A DNA stretch of 62,931 nucleotides, the filler included, from Octopus bimaculoides (taxonomy: Eukaryota), in the NCBI RefSeq assembly GCF_001194135.2. It is 6 parts of 5 records of this genome, joined end to end, with 100 filler letters (N's around TTAATTAATTAA, not from the genome) between each part and the next. Parts side by side here need not be neighbours in the genome. Positions count along the whole stretch, not along the records: positions 1 to 27,226 come from NC_068998.1; 5 more parts are not named here. One strand, given 5' to 3'. The position numbers and the translations under genes were made by a program. Positions 12,140 through 24,029 of this stretch are shown here, piece by piece. Every line of letters starts with the position of its first letter. Positions within the stretch are counted from its first letter, which is position 1. Below the pieces are notes generated by a model. The model was not told the origin of the DNA. It did not search any database and saw nothing but the letters and a program-made list of their open reading frames with translations.

Positions 12140-14190
12140 ACACAATAATGATTTATATATAAAGAAAGAATATTACAGTTGTTATATACTGTTAAGATAA
12201 TGTTCCTATGCCGAATTTAAAGAAATAATGTACATATGCCAAAGAGAGTTATCTGAAGTTATTCTTTTAGTGGATAGTTTTTTTAATAGGTTAATGACAA
12301 AAGCTAAAGTGAAAAGCAATAATGTTAAAGTCGAATACTTAAAAATACCTCATGTTAGTAATTTCATTGATGATACTAATTTAATTAATGTAATTAGAAA
12401 TAATAAAACAAAAGAAACTTTTGGCGAAAAATGTTAGACATCTAAATGTCAAGATTTGTTATAAGCTTGGTAAGAATATATGTAATACCTTATTTAATTA
12501 TAATAAGATCCCATCAAAATATCAGTCTTGAAAGTTTCAAAGAAATATACTTAGAAGATTGTAAGTGTGATAATTCGGAATTTTGTTACAACGAAATAGA
12601 ACATGTCTATACCAGAAATTTAAATATTATTTAAAATGAGGAACTAAGGGAGATTATGAGTAAAGGGACAAAATAAAGAGAACAAGGTAAAATTAGTAAA
12701 TACAATTTAAAGAAAGTCATATTAAAAACCATTAATGAATTCATAGGTAAATGATGTCTCATATATAAGGTCAAATTGTAGGACGTAGATTGCTAGGTTA
12801 GCAAATTAACTTATATGGTAGTTAAACATTTAAAGAAATATGATAAGTGGATAGGGAAAGATTCAGTTTTGATAAACCACCAGTTAAAGAATATATAAAT
12901 GAATTACATAAAAAGATATGTAATATTACAAGCAGATAAAGCAGCAGGGAATTTTGTAGTAATTTGTAAAAAAAAAAAATATTATATGATGGTTGTATGT
13001 AAAGAGTTAGGAGTGGATAAGGAATTTTAGTTTATAAGTAATAACATATACCAAGTTGTATATGTTAATGAGTTAGTTAATAGACTTATATTCACAGTAG
13101 AAAGATCGCGTGGTTTAGAAGTGAAAGAGAAAGATAAAACTATACCGAGACGTTTTTTGATTCCTAAACTACATACAGTTCCTTTGAAAAGTAGATTCAG
13201 AGCAAGAGCTAGTAACTGTACAATTAAACAGTTATCTATATTGGTTAATGATGCTTTAAAAGTTGTAAATACATACTTTAAAAAAAATATTTATATAAAA
13301 GTTATAGCAGTTCAGGAATTAATTATTTTTAGAGTATTAGATCAACTAAGAGCATGTTTGTGAATGATTTTTGGACACTATATACAAACTTAAATCTTAA
13401 ATGTGTGGAAGATGGTATTTTTAGAATATTAGATATCATTTTTAGTAAAGGATACAAATGTATATCTTTAAAGAATGATAACGGTTTCTTGTCGAATTGT
13501 TGTTATAGGGGATGTACTAATATAAGCAAAAGAAAGATGGAAAAAATGGTTAGTTTTATTATCAATAATTATTCTTTTGTTATGTTTGCGGGTAGGGTGT
13601 TTGAGCATATGGGGAATTCCAATGGGTGGCAATTGTAGCCCTCTGTTGATGGACCTTTATCTTTCTTCATGCGAGTTTCTTTTCCTTAAAGACCTATGTG
13701 CGAGGACAAAATTGGTTTCTTAAACAACTTAATGGATGCTGAAGTTACATAGATGATATATTTATACCTAATTATGGTTTCTTTGAAGTTTTACTCAGAA
13801 GAATATACCCCAGTGGTAAGACTATAAAGAAATGGTAATGATATAAAGAATATTACTTATATAAATGAAATATATAATGAAATATGTACTGACATTTATA
13901 ATAAAACTGAAGATTTTGGTTTCTAAGTGGTTTTCAATGACATGGTTAAGTTGTAGAATTCCTTCTTTTATTGGCTATGATGTTTTTGCAGGGCAAATAG
14001 TCAGATATTGTACTATTATTAATAATGCTAATAATTTTTTTGTATAGAATAAACTGTTAAGACATTTAATAAAACAAGGGTAAAGATATGGTAAATGAGT
14101 TAAAACTTTTAATCGCTGTTTAGGTGGGAGACTTGAAATTTTAAATAAATATGGGGTAGTATCTAATCTTCAACTTAGCAAATATTTGTA
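12140..14190 (+). mobile_element. 5'-truncated Penelope-like RT relic of the type with an N-terminal extension (Naiad/Chlamys-like by motif order)
   Basis: Motifs in order: CKCDNSEFCYNEIEHVYTRNLNII, LREIMSKGTK, ADKAAGNFVVICK, LIPKLHTVPLKSRF, DFWTLYTN, GIPMGGNCSPLLMDLYLSSCE, YIDD (13746-13757), GQIVRYC. No endonuclease follows the RT. Many stops. Confidence 0.8.
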
Positions 14191-14879
14191 AAGATTTGGA
14201 ACGTTTACGATTCAAGTTATTTGCTCACTACGTCACCAATATTGCTTGAGACAACAGAGGAGGTAGTAATTACGAATTACGTCATCTATAGTTAAGATAA
14301 TCTTTTAAGTTCTAGAAGTGATGAACCATGTGGTTTGAAAAAGCATTAAGGTATTAATACTTTGTAGTTTTATTATTTCTTAAGCAGTTTTAAATTAGCT
14401 TTAATCGTAGCAAAGTTTTACAATAATAGTTAATTACAAGTAAACATTTATTACTTCCTATTTAATAAATTTAATGCTTTTATTAGTTACTGGTACGTTT
14501 ACATTATAGTTTGTAAGGGTAATATATTAAGAGTATGTAGTGTTTTTATTATTAACTTTTGAATTGTGAAATAATGTATTTCACTCATAATTATGATAGT
14601 ATTCATTAAATTCGATCGTGTTTAGTTTTGGAGAGGATTGAAATAACACTTTCAATTTCCTTTATTATACTAGTAACAATGGAAGACTGGTGGGATAATT
14701 ATTTGTATAGACTTAAAGATTGGTCGCGATGTAGCTTATAATTGAGTTATTGTAGGTTTACTATTAATGCCGATACAGATGTACATAGATTTATGTGTTT
14801 CGTGTTGTAGTTTAATTTTAAAGTTGCTGTTCAATCCTGACTATATTTAGATCGAATACTGTTGTATATAATACTCCTC

Positions 14880-15290
14880 CAGTATTCTCTTGACCTCATC
14901 TACAGAATTTCTTTTTTTCCGTCCAAATGATTTTGAAAACTGCAGAATAAATGATAATCAGATGGGGCAATGTCCGGCATATATGGTCGGTGGGGTATCG
15001 TTTCCCATTCAAGCTGCTGCAGCCTTTGGAATGTCATCCACACTGTATGTGGCCGAGCATTATCTTTTCGACTTGAAACGTCTCCTAGTGCTGACTTGAA
15101 CAACTGGTTGAATGATCAAATCCAAACATCTCTACTAGTTTCTCAACAGTTATGATGGGTTTTTGTTCCACCAGGGTTTGTAGCACGTCCTAGTCGAGCT
15201 CTACAGATTTTCCAGGACGAGACTCGTCTTCTAGGCTGTAGTTTCCAGCTCGGAATTTCTAGAACCACCATTGACAGTGGCTTATGCTTA
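14880..15290 (-). mobile_element. Internally deleted mariner transposase relic
   Basis: HTH region QWWF*KFRAGNYSLEDESRPG joined to catalytic motifs DNARPH and HRPYMPDIAPSDYHLF. Confidence 0.85.
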
Positions 15291-18200
15291 TTTCTGATCC
15301 CCACGTACTACATCAACATTCCTCTATTGTCTTGTTGCCCTTATTTAACTCATAAAGCAAAATATGCCAAATATGCTCCTTTTCACTGCCATTATAGCTT
15401 TGAAACAGTAACTCTTAAAATTGAACTGCACTCTTTAAAGCTTGCACTAAGAATAAGTAAAAATTACTACTTGCTTTTGATGCAGGTAGTTTATCCTGTA
15501 CCCAACCTAACGTTTAGTTCATGCAATTGAAAAATCCGCATTATTTATGGGATATCGCAATAGATTCATAAATATCTATGTTCCTATTTATGTGTATTCA
15601 TATGAAACATATTCATTAATTCAGTATCATTCATACTATTATACTCTTGTTTTTAATTACGTTAAACACAATTTCCTTAACGGATTCGTTTGCAATATAT
15701 GAATCCCTCAATCAGTTTTGTTTTTTTGCTGAATATCAAGATACACACCTTCCCGATGATTTTGATAGCAATACACGTTTGCATAAATTATTAATTTCTA
15801 TTTCTTAGCGTATATACCCATATCTCTTTATCTGTTATACCTCCGTTACACAGAATTTTGAATAGTATTTCCTTATGTGTTTTAGCATGCGCAACTTCAC
15901 TTTTTCCTAATACGAAACATTAATTCAGGTGTAATCTATATTTCTGAATTTCCATTACAGTTTAGCCTTATTATTTAACGTCAGTTCCCTAATGATAAAT
16001 ACCAATAATATAAATATATAATAATTTAACATATTCACCCCTTGTTACTTATGTTTAACATTTGTGCTTGTATTTCTCAAATTTCAAATTGAAAATTCAT
16101 GTATTAATATTTCAGATCCCTAAGCACCGTTTCCATATTACGATATTTGAATTTTATTTGTTACTCCTTAACCTTAGAAAATTTCTTACATTGAAATATT
16201 TCTGAAATAATTTCCATCTTCCTTTGGTTTTACCAATCCTATAAAATATACAAATTCATCATGTACAAGGCAAATATTTTCTCCCCATGATTACAATATA
16301 TAGCCTATTATCTTCAGTATATAAAGTCGTGTGGAGATAGCAAGGTCTTCCATTCTTTAATAATCTGTAAAACTACTTAACGATTCTGAAGCTCGAAATA
16401 GTTCCCGCCTTGAAAAAGATGGGGACAGCTCGTATAACAAGTTTATTACCGTATACGATGTTGGTCGTTTACACCTCGCGACCACAGACCATTTTGTATA
16501 GCTGTCCACTACTATTAAGTAATAATACCCATTTACCTGGCCTGCAAAGTCGATATGCAATCGGAACCATGGTATTTTCACTTCCAGCCAGGGTTCACAT
16601 TTTGTAGTAGGTAGTTTCGCTGCCAGCACGATCCTCTGCAACCTTTTACCAGGTTTTCATCTTGGCCAGTATACGAAATTACGCATCAGCGCATTCGTTC
16701 AAGACATGCCCAGATGTCCCTCATTAAACTCTTTTAGCATTCTCTTCTGTAATGTCTGTGGTATGACCACCCGCTGAGTGTACGTTAATACACCATCACA
16801 TATACATTACGCGTTCACATGTGTGCGGTTCTTTGCATCAGACCTTTATTTCCTTTTGTCGACCACAGTTATCTTGTGTCATTAATAAATTTGTTATCTC
16901 TCGCATTTCTATTTATTTCTTCCAAAGTTACTGGTAGTTCATGTAAAATATTCCACATTAATCTTTTTGTTTCTCTTTCCGCTCTTAGTACAGACATTAT
17001 GGTGTCCTTCGGCGGAATTAGCCTAGACAGACTATCGGCATGCCCCCATCTTTTCTGAAGGCAGATATTCCATTCTATAATCGCAGTTTAATAAAATGGT
17101 ACCCCATCCCTGAATTCTGTTTGCCGTATGTGTTGGGATTCCTTTCTTGAATCTGTATATCGTTATTAGAGGTCTATGATCCGTTTGCAACCCAAAACAT
17201 CTTCCGTGCATACGCCTGTGAAATGACTTCACGCCAAATATAATATCCAACGCCTCTTTTTCAATCTGGCTATAGCTGTTTGCTGCCGGCAATAATGTCC
17301 TTGATGTGTGAACTATAGCCTTTCTTCTGCCATCGTTATCTTTTTGTAGGAGCACAGCTCCTATCCTATACTCGCTAGCATCTGTAGCTAGTATTATCTC
17401 TAACTTTGTGTCCAAAATGTGTAAGATACAAGTTTGAAGTTAACATATCTTTTAACTCGTTAAATGCGTTCTGTCATTTCTCTTTGTCTTTGTTTCTGCT
17501 TCTGCTCTTAGCCATGCTATTGTGGTGTCCTCCAACGGTTAGTTGTTTCTCGGAATTAGACTAGACAGAACATCGGCACACAAGAAAAGGGATGCGGAAC
17601 ATCGTGCGTGAACTACCAGTAACTTTGGGAGAAATAAAATGAAATGCGAGAAATGACAAACCCATTTGGCATTTTAAAAAATAATTCATTAAGTGGTGCC
17701 CTTACCTTATGTATATTTGGCATATACACTTAGTAATACTTTACTAAGACTAGCAATGATTGTAGCATTGCCACATTTGTCGGGGCGGCATATTTCGTAT
17801 TGCCGTCGCCCTTGATGGGTCCGGTTTGCCTGCCTTTTCGTCGATTACTTGACATAGGAATTTTATTTTTTCCATAATTTTTTTTTTGTCAGTTTTAGTC
17901 CGTATTCACTTATTCTTTCAAATACTTTCTTTATGTTTACGACATGTTTCACCCGAGACTCTTTAGCAGAATGCCATCTAGGTAAGGGATGGCGCAGTCG
18001 CAATCACTTAACATCGCATCCATTATTTGTTGGAATATGGTTGGTGCCACTTTTACTACAAACGGCAATCGTTTGAACTAGTACAATCCATCCGGCATGT
18101 TGGTTGTTAGAAGATGTGTGCAATGTTCTAACTGAATTTGAAGGTACACCTCTGAGAGGTCTAGCTTTGAAAGATTTTCCCTCTGTTTAGTTTAGCAAAT

Positions 18201-19154
18201 ATTTTTCTGGGTTTGGAAGTGGGTAATTGTGTGTCAGTAAACAGTCGTATAACCCAGTCTAGAAGTCTGCGCACACTCTTTGCTTATTATTATTTTTTTA
18301 CGTACACCACCAGCGCTGCCCAGTCTGCATGGTCAATCTTTTCAATTATATTCAGGCTTTCCAGCCTTTCTAGTTCTTTATTGACCTGGTTTACCGCCGC
18401 AAACGGCAGGTTCTGTTTGGGCTTGAAAACAGGTGCTGAATTTTCTTTGATACAAATCCTTGCTTTTGTTTTTGTGCAATAGCCTAAATATCCCGAAAAT
18501 CTTTTGGGAAAGTTTCTTTCATTTTTTGCTTCAGTTCATCGACGTCGTTCGTTCGTTTGACTGCACCATTTACGTTATTGCACTAAGCACTTATGGGCGT
18601 GTCCCATAAATGAAATTTCTCCATACATTCGGTGGCAAATTAATTCATGCAGTTTTTCAACACATATACATTCACTTTTTTGGTTCTGCCTTTGAACATT
18701 ATATTACAAACGCGTTCACTCGTGAAATATTATTTTCTTACCGTAACAACGTGCGCTCTGTTGTTTGAAATATATGATTTTGATTTACGCATTTGTTCCC
18801 ATGTTTTCTCATTTATGATGTGATATTACTTCCCGTGTCTAATTGCATTCAGACACTATTGTTTTCAATTCTTACACTCACAAATTTTCTGTTTGTTGTA
18901 GTCACAACTTTTCCAGCTGGCAAACTATTTTTTTTTTCTTGTTTGTTCCATTTTCCTATCATTCTAGTTTTGCAGTGCGATTTTATATATCCTGTATACC
19001 AGTAGCGAAAACACTTTGTTTTTTTTTTATACGGACAATCTTTTTACTGGTGCATCTCATCACATGCCATACATGGTTCAACATCCAGATATTTTTTTCT
19101 GTTTTTTACAAGCAATACTTCATTTGCCTTTCGACATTTTTGCACTGGCCGTAA

Positions 19155-19240
19155 GTTGAATTTCTTCCGTTGAATTTCTTCCGTTGAATTTCTTCCGTTG
19201 AATTTCTTCCGTTGAATTTCTTCCGTTGAATTTCTTCCGT
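19155..19240. repeat. 14-bp tandem repeat GTTGAATTTCTTCC x6 inside gag
   Basis: Six exact units counted at 19155-19238 (84 bp). The gag frame reads through as RKKFNGRNSTEEIQ x2. Confidence 0.95.
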
Positions 19241-19922
19241 GCTATTTTCTTTCGGATTTCTGCATCCTTTCTATCTGTCAATTCTAGTGCAAAAATTAAA
19301 CACTTGAAAGAATGTGGAGTAAGCATATCTAGCCTAAATCTCTCCAATTTTTTGTTGACTCTACCTGTGTATTAATGAAAAACTCATCTTCGCTCTTTTC
19401 TATGTTGACACATTTCCATCTAGTATTAAACAGTGAAGTGAAATTTATGTCAGATACTTTTTTTTGGCAGCATGAATTTACTATACATCTCATGTTTTGC
19501 TTTCGCTAGTTTTCTTAAATCTAGATGTGTTTTCATATCGTCCGTCAAATTTTTGCATTTGTTTTCAAATTGTTTTTTAGATATCCGAAAATAAGCCCCG
19601 AAAGTTACTCCTTCTTCGGGGTTATATTTGCATTCGCTTGTGGAATTTGCTACATGGTCAGGTGAAAATATTTTCTCCAGATTGGTTATCAACTTCCTTA
19701 AGTGTAACATTTGCTGCTACAATCCTTGTTGCTCTTCTTGTTGTTTCTTGAGTTGTTGTTGTTGTTGCTGTTTTTTGAAACTCAACTATCCCAGCTAACA
19801 ATTCTTCCATATTTTATGATTTTATTTCTTTTTTGTCGAGGTATTTAATTTTCTACCGGAATTAGTTAAAACTCTCCGTGTAAATATCTTTTTTTTTTTT
19901 CAGTACACGTAAACTTGTTTTT

Positions 19923-19933
19923 CCTCGTCGCCA
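19923..19933 (-). promoter_or_regulatory. Primer-binding site TGGCGACGAGG (complementary to the 3' end of tRNA-Ser GCU)
   Basis: Lies 1 nt after the LTR end ...TACAACA on minus. It matches a tRNA 3' end CCUCGUCGCCA, known for metazoan tRNA-Ser(GCU). Confidence 0.75.
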
Positions 19934-19934
19934 C

Positions 19935-20263
19935 TGTTGTAAAGCAGTCTTTTATCACTATTGTATCTGTCTTTTGACGACGGTTGTCGCTCTGACATAT
20001 ATTGTTATATTCCGAAGTCGTCTATAGAATGGTTATATCTGGTACTGCACGACCCGCAGTCATACAGTGTTATTATCCTCAAAAGTTTGGATCGATATAA
20101 CACCTACTGAATATCAGTATTACTATATCAACACAGACATGACTATCAATAGTGTCTACTCGTACTCTTGACTTTCTGACCTTCGACTGGCTACTGGTCT
20201 GTTTATAATGGCTAACTACTAACACGTTTTACCAGGAGGGATGTAAACTTTCCTTATACAACA
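19935..20263 (-). repeat. 5' LTR, 329 bp
   Basis: Bounded by a perfect 7-bp inverted repeat TGTTGTA...TACAACA and abuts the PBS. Confidence 0.75.
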
Positions 20264-20511
20264 GAAAAATAACAGAGAGAAAAGGAAAGTAGTAAAGAAA
20301 AGAAAGAAAAGTAAGAGAATAAAGGTAGTATGACGGGAAGAATAAATATAAATATCATAAGATTCTCAATTCGCTTAAACCAAATTTATTCGCGGTTGAA
20401 TTATTTTGGTTATTCATACTTGTATATAAGTATGAACATTTGTAAATGCACTGTAGCTCCGTTGTGTTCGTATGGTATGTATAAGTGTTTATAATTATGT
20501 ACTTTCGGTTA

Positions 20512-20574
20512 TGTCATACTGAAGACGGTTGTATGACATCACTAAACCAGAAAAAGGTCTAAGGCTGAACTTTT
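20512..20574 (+). ncRNA. Degenerate hammerhead-like motif
   Basis: GTCATA CTGAAGA C GGTT..AACC A GAAA AAG GTC TAAGG. Core boxes and a GUC triplet are present; stems I and III are imperfect. Confidence 0.35.
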
Positions 20575-21024
20575 TCAAAAAATCTCTTTTGTTCATTCCG
20601 TCGATTCCAACACGTGTCTATGTGATAATTAAGTAGTTTTAGAAGCATAGCGCATGTGACATTACTTGGTAGTTGCCCTTATTATAATTTTATAGTTATA
20701 ATTATTATAATCTATTTTGGACATTGTACCTGGAGTACAAAACATTTATAATTATATTTATAAAATTAAATACTTTGTATAATTTCTTAACTACACTCTC
20801 ACACGCACACACACGTACGTAAATATATATAAATTTATAATTATAATGATAATTAATGGTAAGAAATAGTAACAACGTTAGTACATATCTACGAATAAGA
20901 GTCGAAAACTACTCAAATAAACCACTATATCATTGAGAATTTAACAAAGCTGACGAAATCGAGGATCGAGTACAAAGTAAACCTATCAATTGCGGAGATA
21001 AGACGCAAATGAATTTGCAAATAT

Positions 21025-21081
21025 ACCCAAATCAAGTGATTTCGAACTCTGAGATATTACTCATAGTCCTCATCAGTGGGT
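21025..21081 (-). ncRNA. Type I hammerhead ribozyme, complete core
   Basis: Minus strand: ACCCA CUGAUGA GGACU a UGAG uaauau CUCA g AGUUC GAAA UC acuu GA UU UGGGU. Stem I is 5 bp, stem II 5+4 bp, stem III 3 bp, cleavage triplet AUU. Confidence 0.8.
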
Positions 21082-21457
21082 CTCGCTGCCTGGGGTTAAA
21101 CGAATACTTGCTTCGGCATGCTTGTTTAAATCGTTGAAAGACTAGCGCCAAATTCAAACGATAGAAGTGTATAATTATATATAAACAAAGATAGCATTAT
21201 TAACAAATGATGATAATATAAGTGGCTAACAAGCATAAAACCGAAAAGGTAAACTTATAAATGTATAATTATAATTATAATTAAGGGTACGAGATAGTAC
21301 CAGCGTTGCTAGAAATAAGAGTCGAAAAATACTGAAATATGCTACAATATCACTGAAATTTTAGCATGCTGACGAAACCGTTTGAATTTGGCACTAGTCT
21401 TTAAACGATTTTAACAAGCATGAATCGGTGAGTATTAGTTTAACCCCAGGCAGCGAG

Positions 21458-21514
21458 ACCCACTAATGAGGACTAAGAATCATTTCTCAGAGTTCGAAAT
21501 CACGTGGTATGGGT
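21458..21514 (+). ncRNA. Type I hammerhead, inverted partner copy with G5A core mutation
   Basis: ACCCA CUAAUGA GGACU..AGUUC GAAA UC acgu GG UA UGGGU; triplet GUA. Confidence 0.7.
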
Positions 21515-21689
21515 ATATCTGCAAATTCATTTGCGTCTTTCCCCCGCAGTTGGTAGGTTAGTTTTTTACCCGCTCCTCGATTTCGTCAGCATGCTAAATT
21601 TTCAGTGGCATTGTGGCTTATTTGAGTATTTTTCGACATATGGAACTCAGACTAAATTTCTGTGCAATTTGACAATATCAAAAAGCTGT

Positions 21690-23560
21690 ATGTGGTGACC
21701 AAAATTTTATACGACCGGCTTTTCTCCAGTAATATTACAGGCCCAATAAACAAGGCGGATAATATTTTATTATTGGGAGTTGGTGTTGCTAAGCAGTTCA
21801 CTGTGAGCCTTTGATATAGAATGTTGAGTCTCGTGTAATAGTAATAGTAGTGCGTCGTGTATATTCTTTCTTCCATCCACTTTGTTATATAACTAAAGAC
21901 AAGGATATTAAAAATCTCATGTAAAGCGGTGAAATTTGAAGCAAGAAGAATCATAAGCAGTCTTAACGTCAGCGACAGGAGAGAGTACCTCCCTTCGCGT
22001 AACCTCTTTGTCACAATTTAAGATCACAAACCAAATTTTAGCAGAAATCCCAAGTGTACATTAATCAACCCAGCTTAAACAGAAATACGAATAATTATTA
22101 ATACTATGTTATTAGATTCAATTCTTCATAGGATTAGTCGAGTTACAGAATGCTGTCTAAGGAATAACAGTGTGCCTTTTATTGACTGGTTTAAGGGTAT
22201 TAAATATAAATATATCTGTAACTTTAGCTAGTTCGATATGGTGGATTTTACACGTTTATAACAAGGGAGCTACTATTTAAGGCGCTAGATTTTTCTTACG
22301 AATACACACCCATCCGCAACACTAGAATGGAAGTCATTCTACATGCCAGGATATCCTAATAATTTTCTGATGACTACATATACCTTATTCGATTCGCCAA
22401 CGGGTGCGTATGACGGGGCAGAATTGGTATGCCTATAGGTATCTATATTTTGTACCAATTACATATAGAATTATTTCCAAATTTAAGTGCAGGGCTATAC
22501 AGGGATGATGGCCTTATAATTAGACATAACACGAACGGGCAAGATCTGGATGGCCGTATTTTATTGTATTCTTCCAATGAATGGACCTAAAAGTTATGGT
22601 GACACGAATCATATTAGTTTTAACATGTAAGATATCAATCTAAATTTGATTCAGAGCATATTTAAATCTCAATGGAAGCATAACAAAGGCTATTCTACAT
22701 CAATACAGAATTAAAACACTCGCCTCGTATGCTTAAGAATTTGGTGAATAGTATAGATCAGCACATTTCCTCAGTCATCAGAGGAGGTAGCATTTAGTGA
22801 TGCCTCCTGGAGTTAAAATGATGTACTGTGGAGTACTGTATTCTCTGAGAAGATATTCTACATCACTAGTGGGAGCGAATCCACCAGAACTCATTGATCA
22901 AAAAATAGAAACGTTTTGTGGCATAATCAAATGTTCATCATTAGCGTTAGAACTTATATGGGCAAGAAATTTTAAAATTTAGTTTCTGAGCATTTCTCAT
23001 AAATATTACAGAATCTTCAAAAGGTGAACGTTAAACTGTTAAAAGTCAGCTATTCATGTTGGAAGAACTTCGTATCTTTAGTCAACCATCATAACAACGC
23101 CATTTTCAACCAGCATAACGTGACTTGAGTACGAATTTGCTGAAGAACGTATGTGTAATTTTAAAGACTTGGATGCCGTTTATTAGATGCTGAATGTCTA
23201 ATTAAAGGCGTTGTATATAGAGGTAACGTATAGATTGACAACACCTCTACATATGAAACTTATACTTCTGCCACAAAAAATAGCTTCAACATGAAACTTC
23301 ACTCACAGAGAAATTAGGAAACGACCAAAGTTAAGCGAGTATGGCAATTAAAAGAAAAACGCTCTGTCCCATTGAAGGGACATTGGTTTATTTTTGAAAA
23401 TGCTCACACTTATAGGCATACATCGTACCGAAATCTTATATGTCCGTTGCTCTTGAGTAAGAAAGTATTTTATGCTATTCTAAGAAAAAATATGTACTAA
23501 ATCACAAGATGGAGCTCCTAAATTTCTGAAACACGTCTAGGATCCTTCTGTATTGCCAAA
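21690..23560 (+). mobile_element. Penelope-like element, RT (YRDD type) plus C-terminal GIY-YIG, decayed
   Basis: FVTI*DHKPNFSRNPKCTLINPA, IDWFKGIK, SFDMVDFYT, YDGAELVCL, GLYRDDGL (22492-22515), YINTE..HSPRMLKN, CLIKGVVYRG, then VWQLKE and C-terminal EN traces. Confidence 0.85.
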
Positions 23561-24029
23561 AGATTTCTTATGGATAATCTTTTTAAGCTTCGCCAAACAT
23601 TATCGACCTTTCAAAATGGCCCTGTTCATTATATATAATTTGGTTTTTGTTGCCATTTTACACTGTGTTTCGCCCACGTTTTCTTTTATGGATATGCAAC
23701 TAATACATGGATGCCTAGAGAAATTAGCGTAATGTCAAGAGGAAGATTGCTATCTGCCAATTACTCCGCCTGATGAAGGAAGCCGGTATTACGGTAATGT
23801 TATTATTCATCCATCAACTGGCTCCACATTCATGACTTTTTGCGCATACCATCTGCCTGTTATGAATGTTACAACTATTACATAATTCCAATCTCTCAGA
23901 AACCAAGTATCCATAATTCCTTTTTCACCTTAGCTGTATTCGTGCTTTGTTTTTTACTCTTTTAATTTACTCGTTATTTATACTCTTTCACATATCTCGC
24001 CCACAACTTTGTTTCTATTAGCTAGCATT

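Larger units (their letters stand above)
16340..20263 (-). mobile_element. Ty3/Gypsy LTR retrotransposon (K02A2.6-like pol), 3'-truncated, with 5' LTR, PBS, gag, RT, RNase H and integrase N-half
   Basis: gag KYNPEEGVTF...LRKL and LTPHSFKCLIFAL; RT KLDLSEVYLQ...RLPF...APTIFQQIMD...YLDG; RNase H TDASEYRIGAVL...YSQIEKEAL...TDHRPL; integrase PWFRLHIDFAG...LIVVDSYTKW. No 3' LTR found. Confidence 0.9.
20898..21640. repeat. Large inverted repeat (about 260-bp arms, 20898-21160 vs 21379-21640) with an internal direct repeat of the arm start (about 21260-21378 resembles 20820-20957)
   Basis: For example TTTCGAACTCTGAG..CATCAGTGGGTCTCGCTGCCTGGGGTTAAA versus TTTAACCCCAGGCAGCGAGACCCACTAATGAGG..CTCAGAGTTCGAAA. 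Confidence 0.9.

Noticed and set aside
12740-12810. In-frame TGA in the Naiad-like RT as possible selenocysteine
   Set aside because: The TGA falls where Trp is expected (K*C for KWC), TAG and TAA stops are also present, and no SECIS was seen. This is ordinary decay.
19155-19240. Regular short repeats as a CRISPR array (also 49071-49115, 59770-60160)
   Set aside because: There are no unique spacers and no cas genes, and the context is eukaryotic.
23765-23800. CCTGATGAAGG after the Penelope ORF
   Set aside because: There is no GAAA box at a usable distance; possibly a relic but not supportable.
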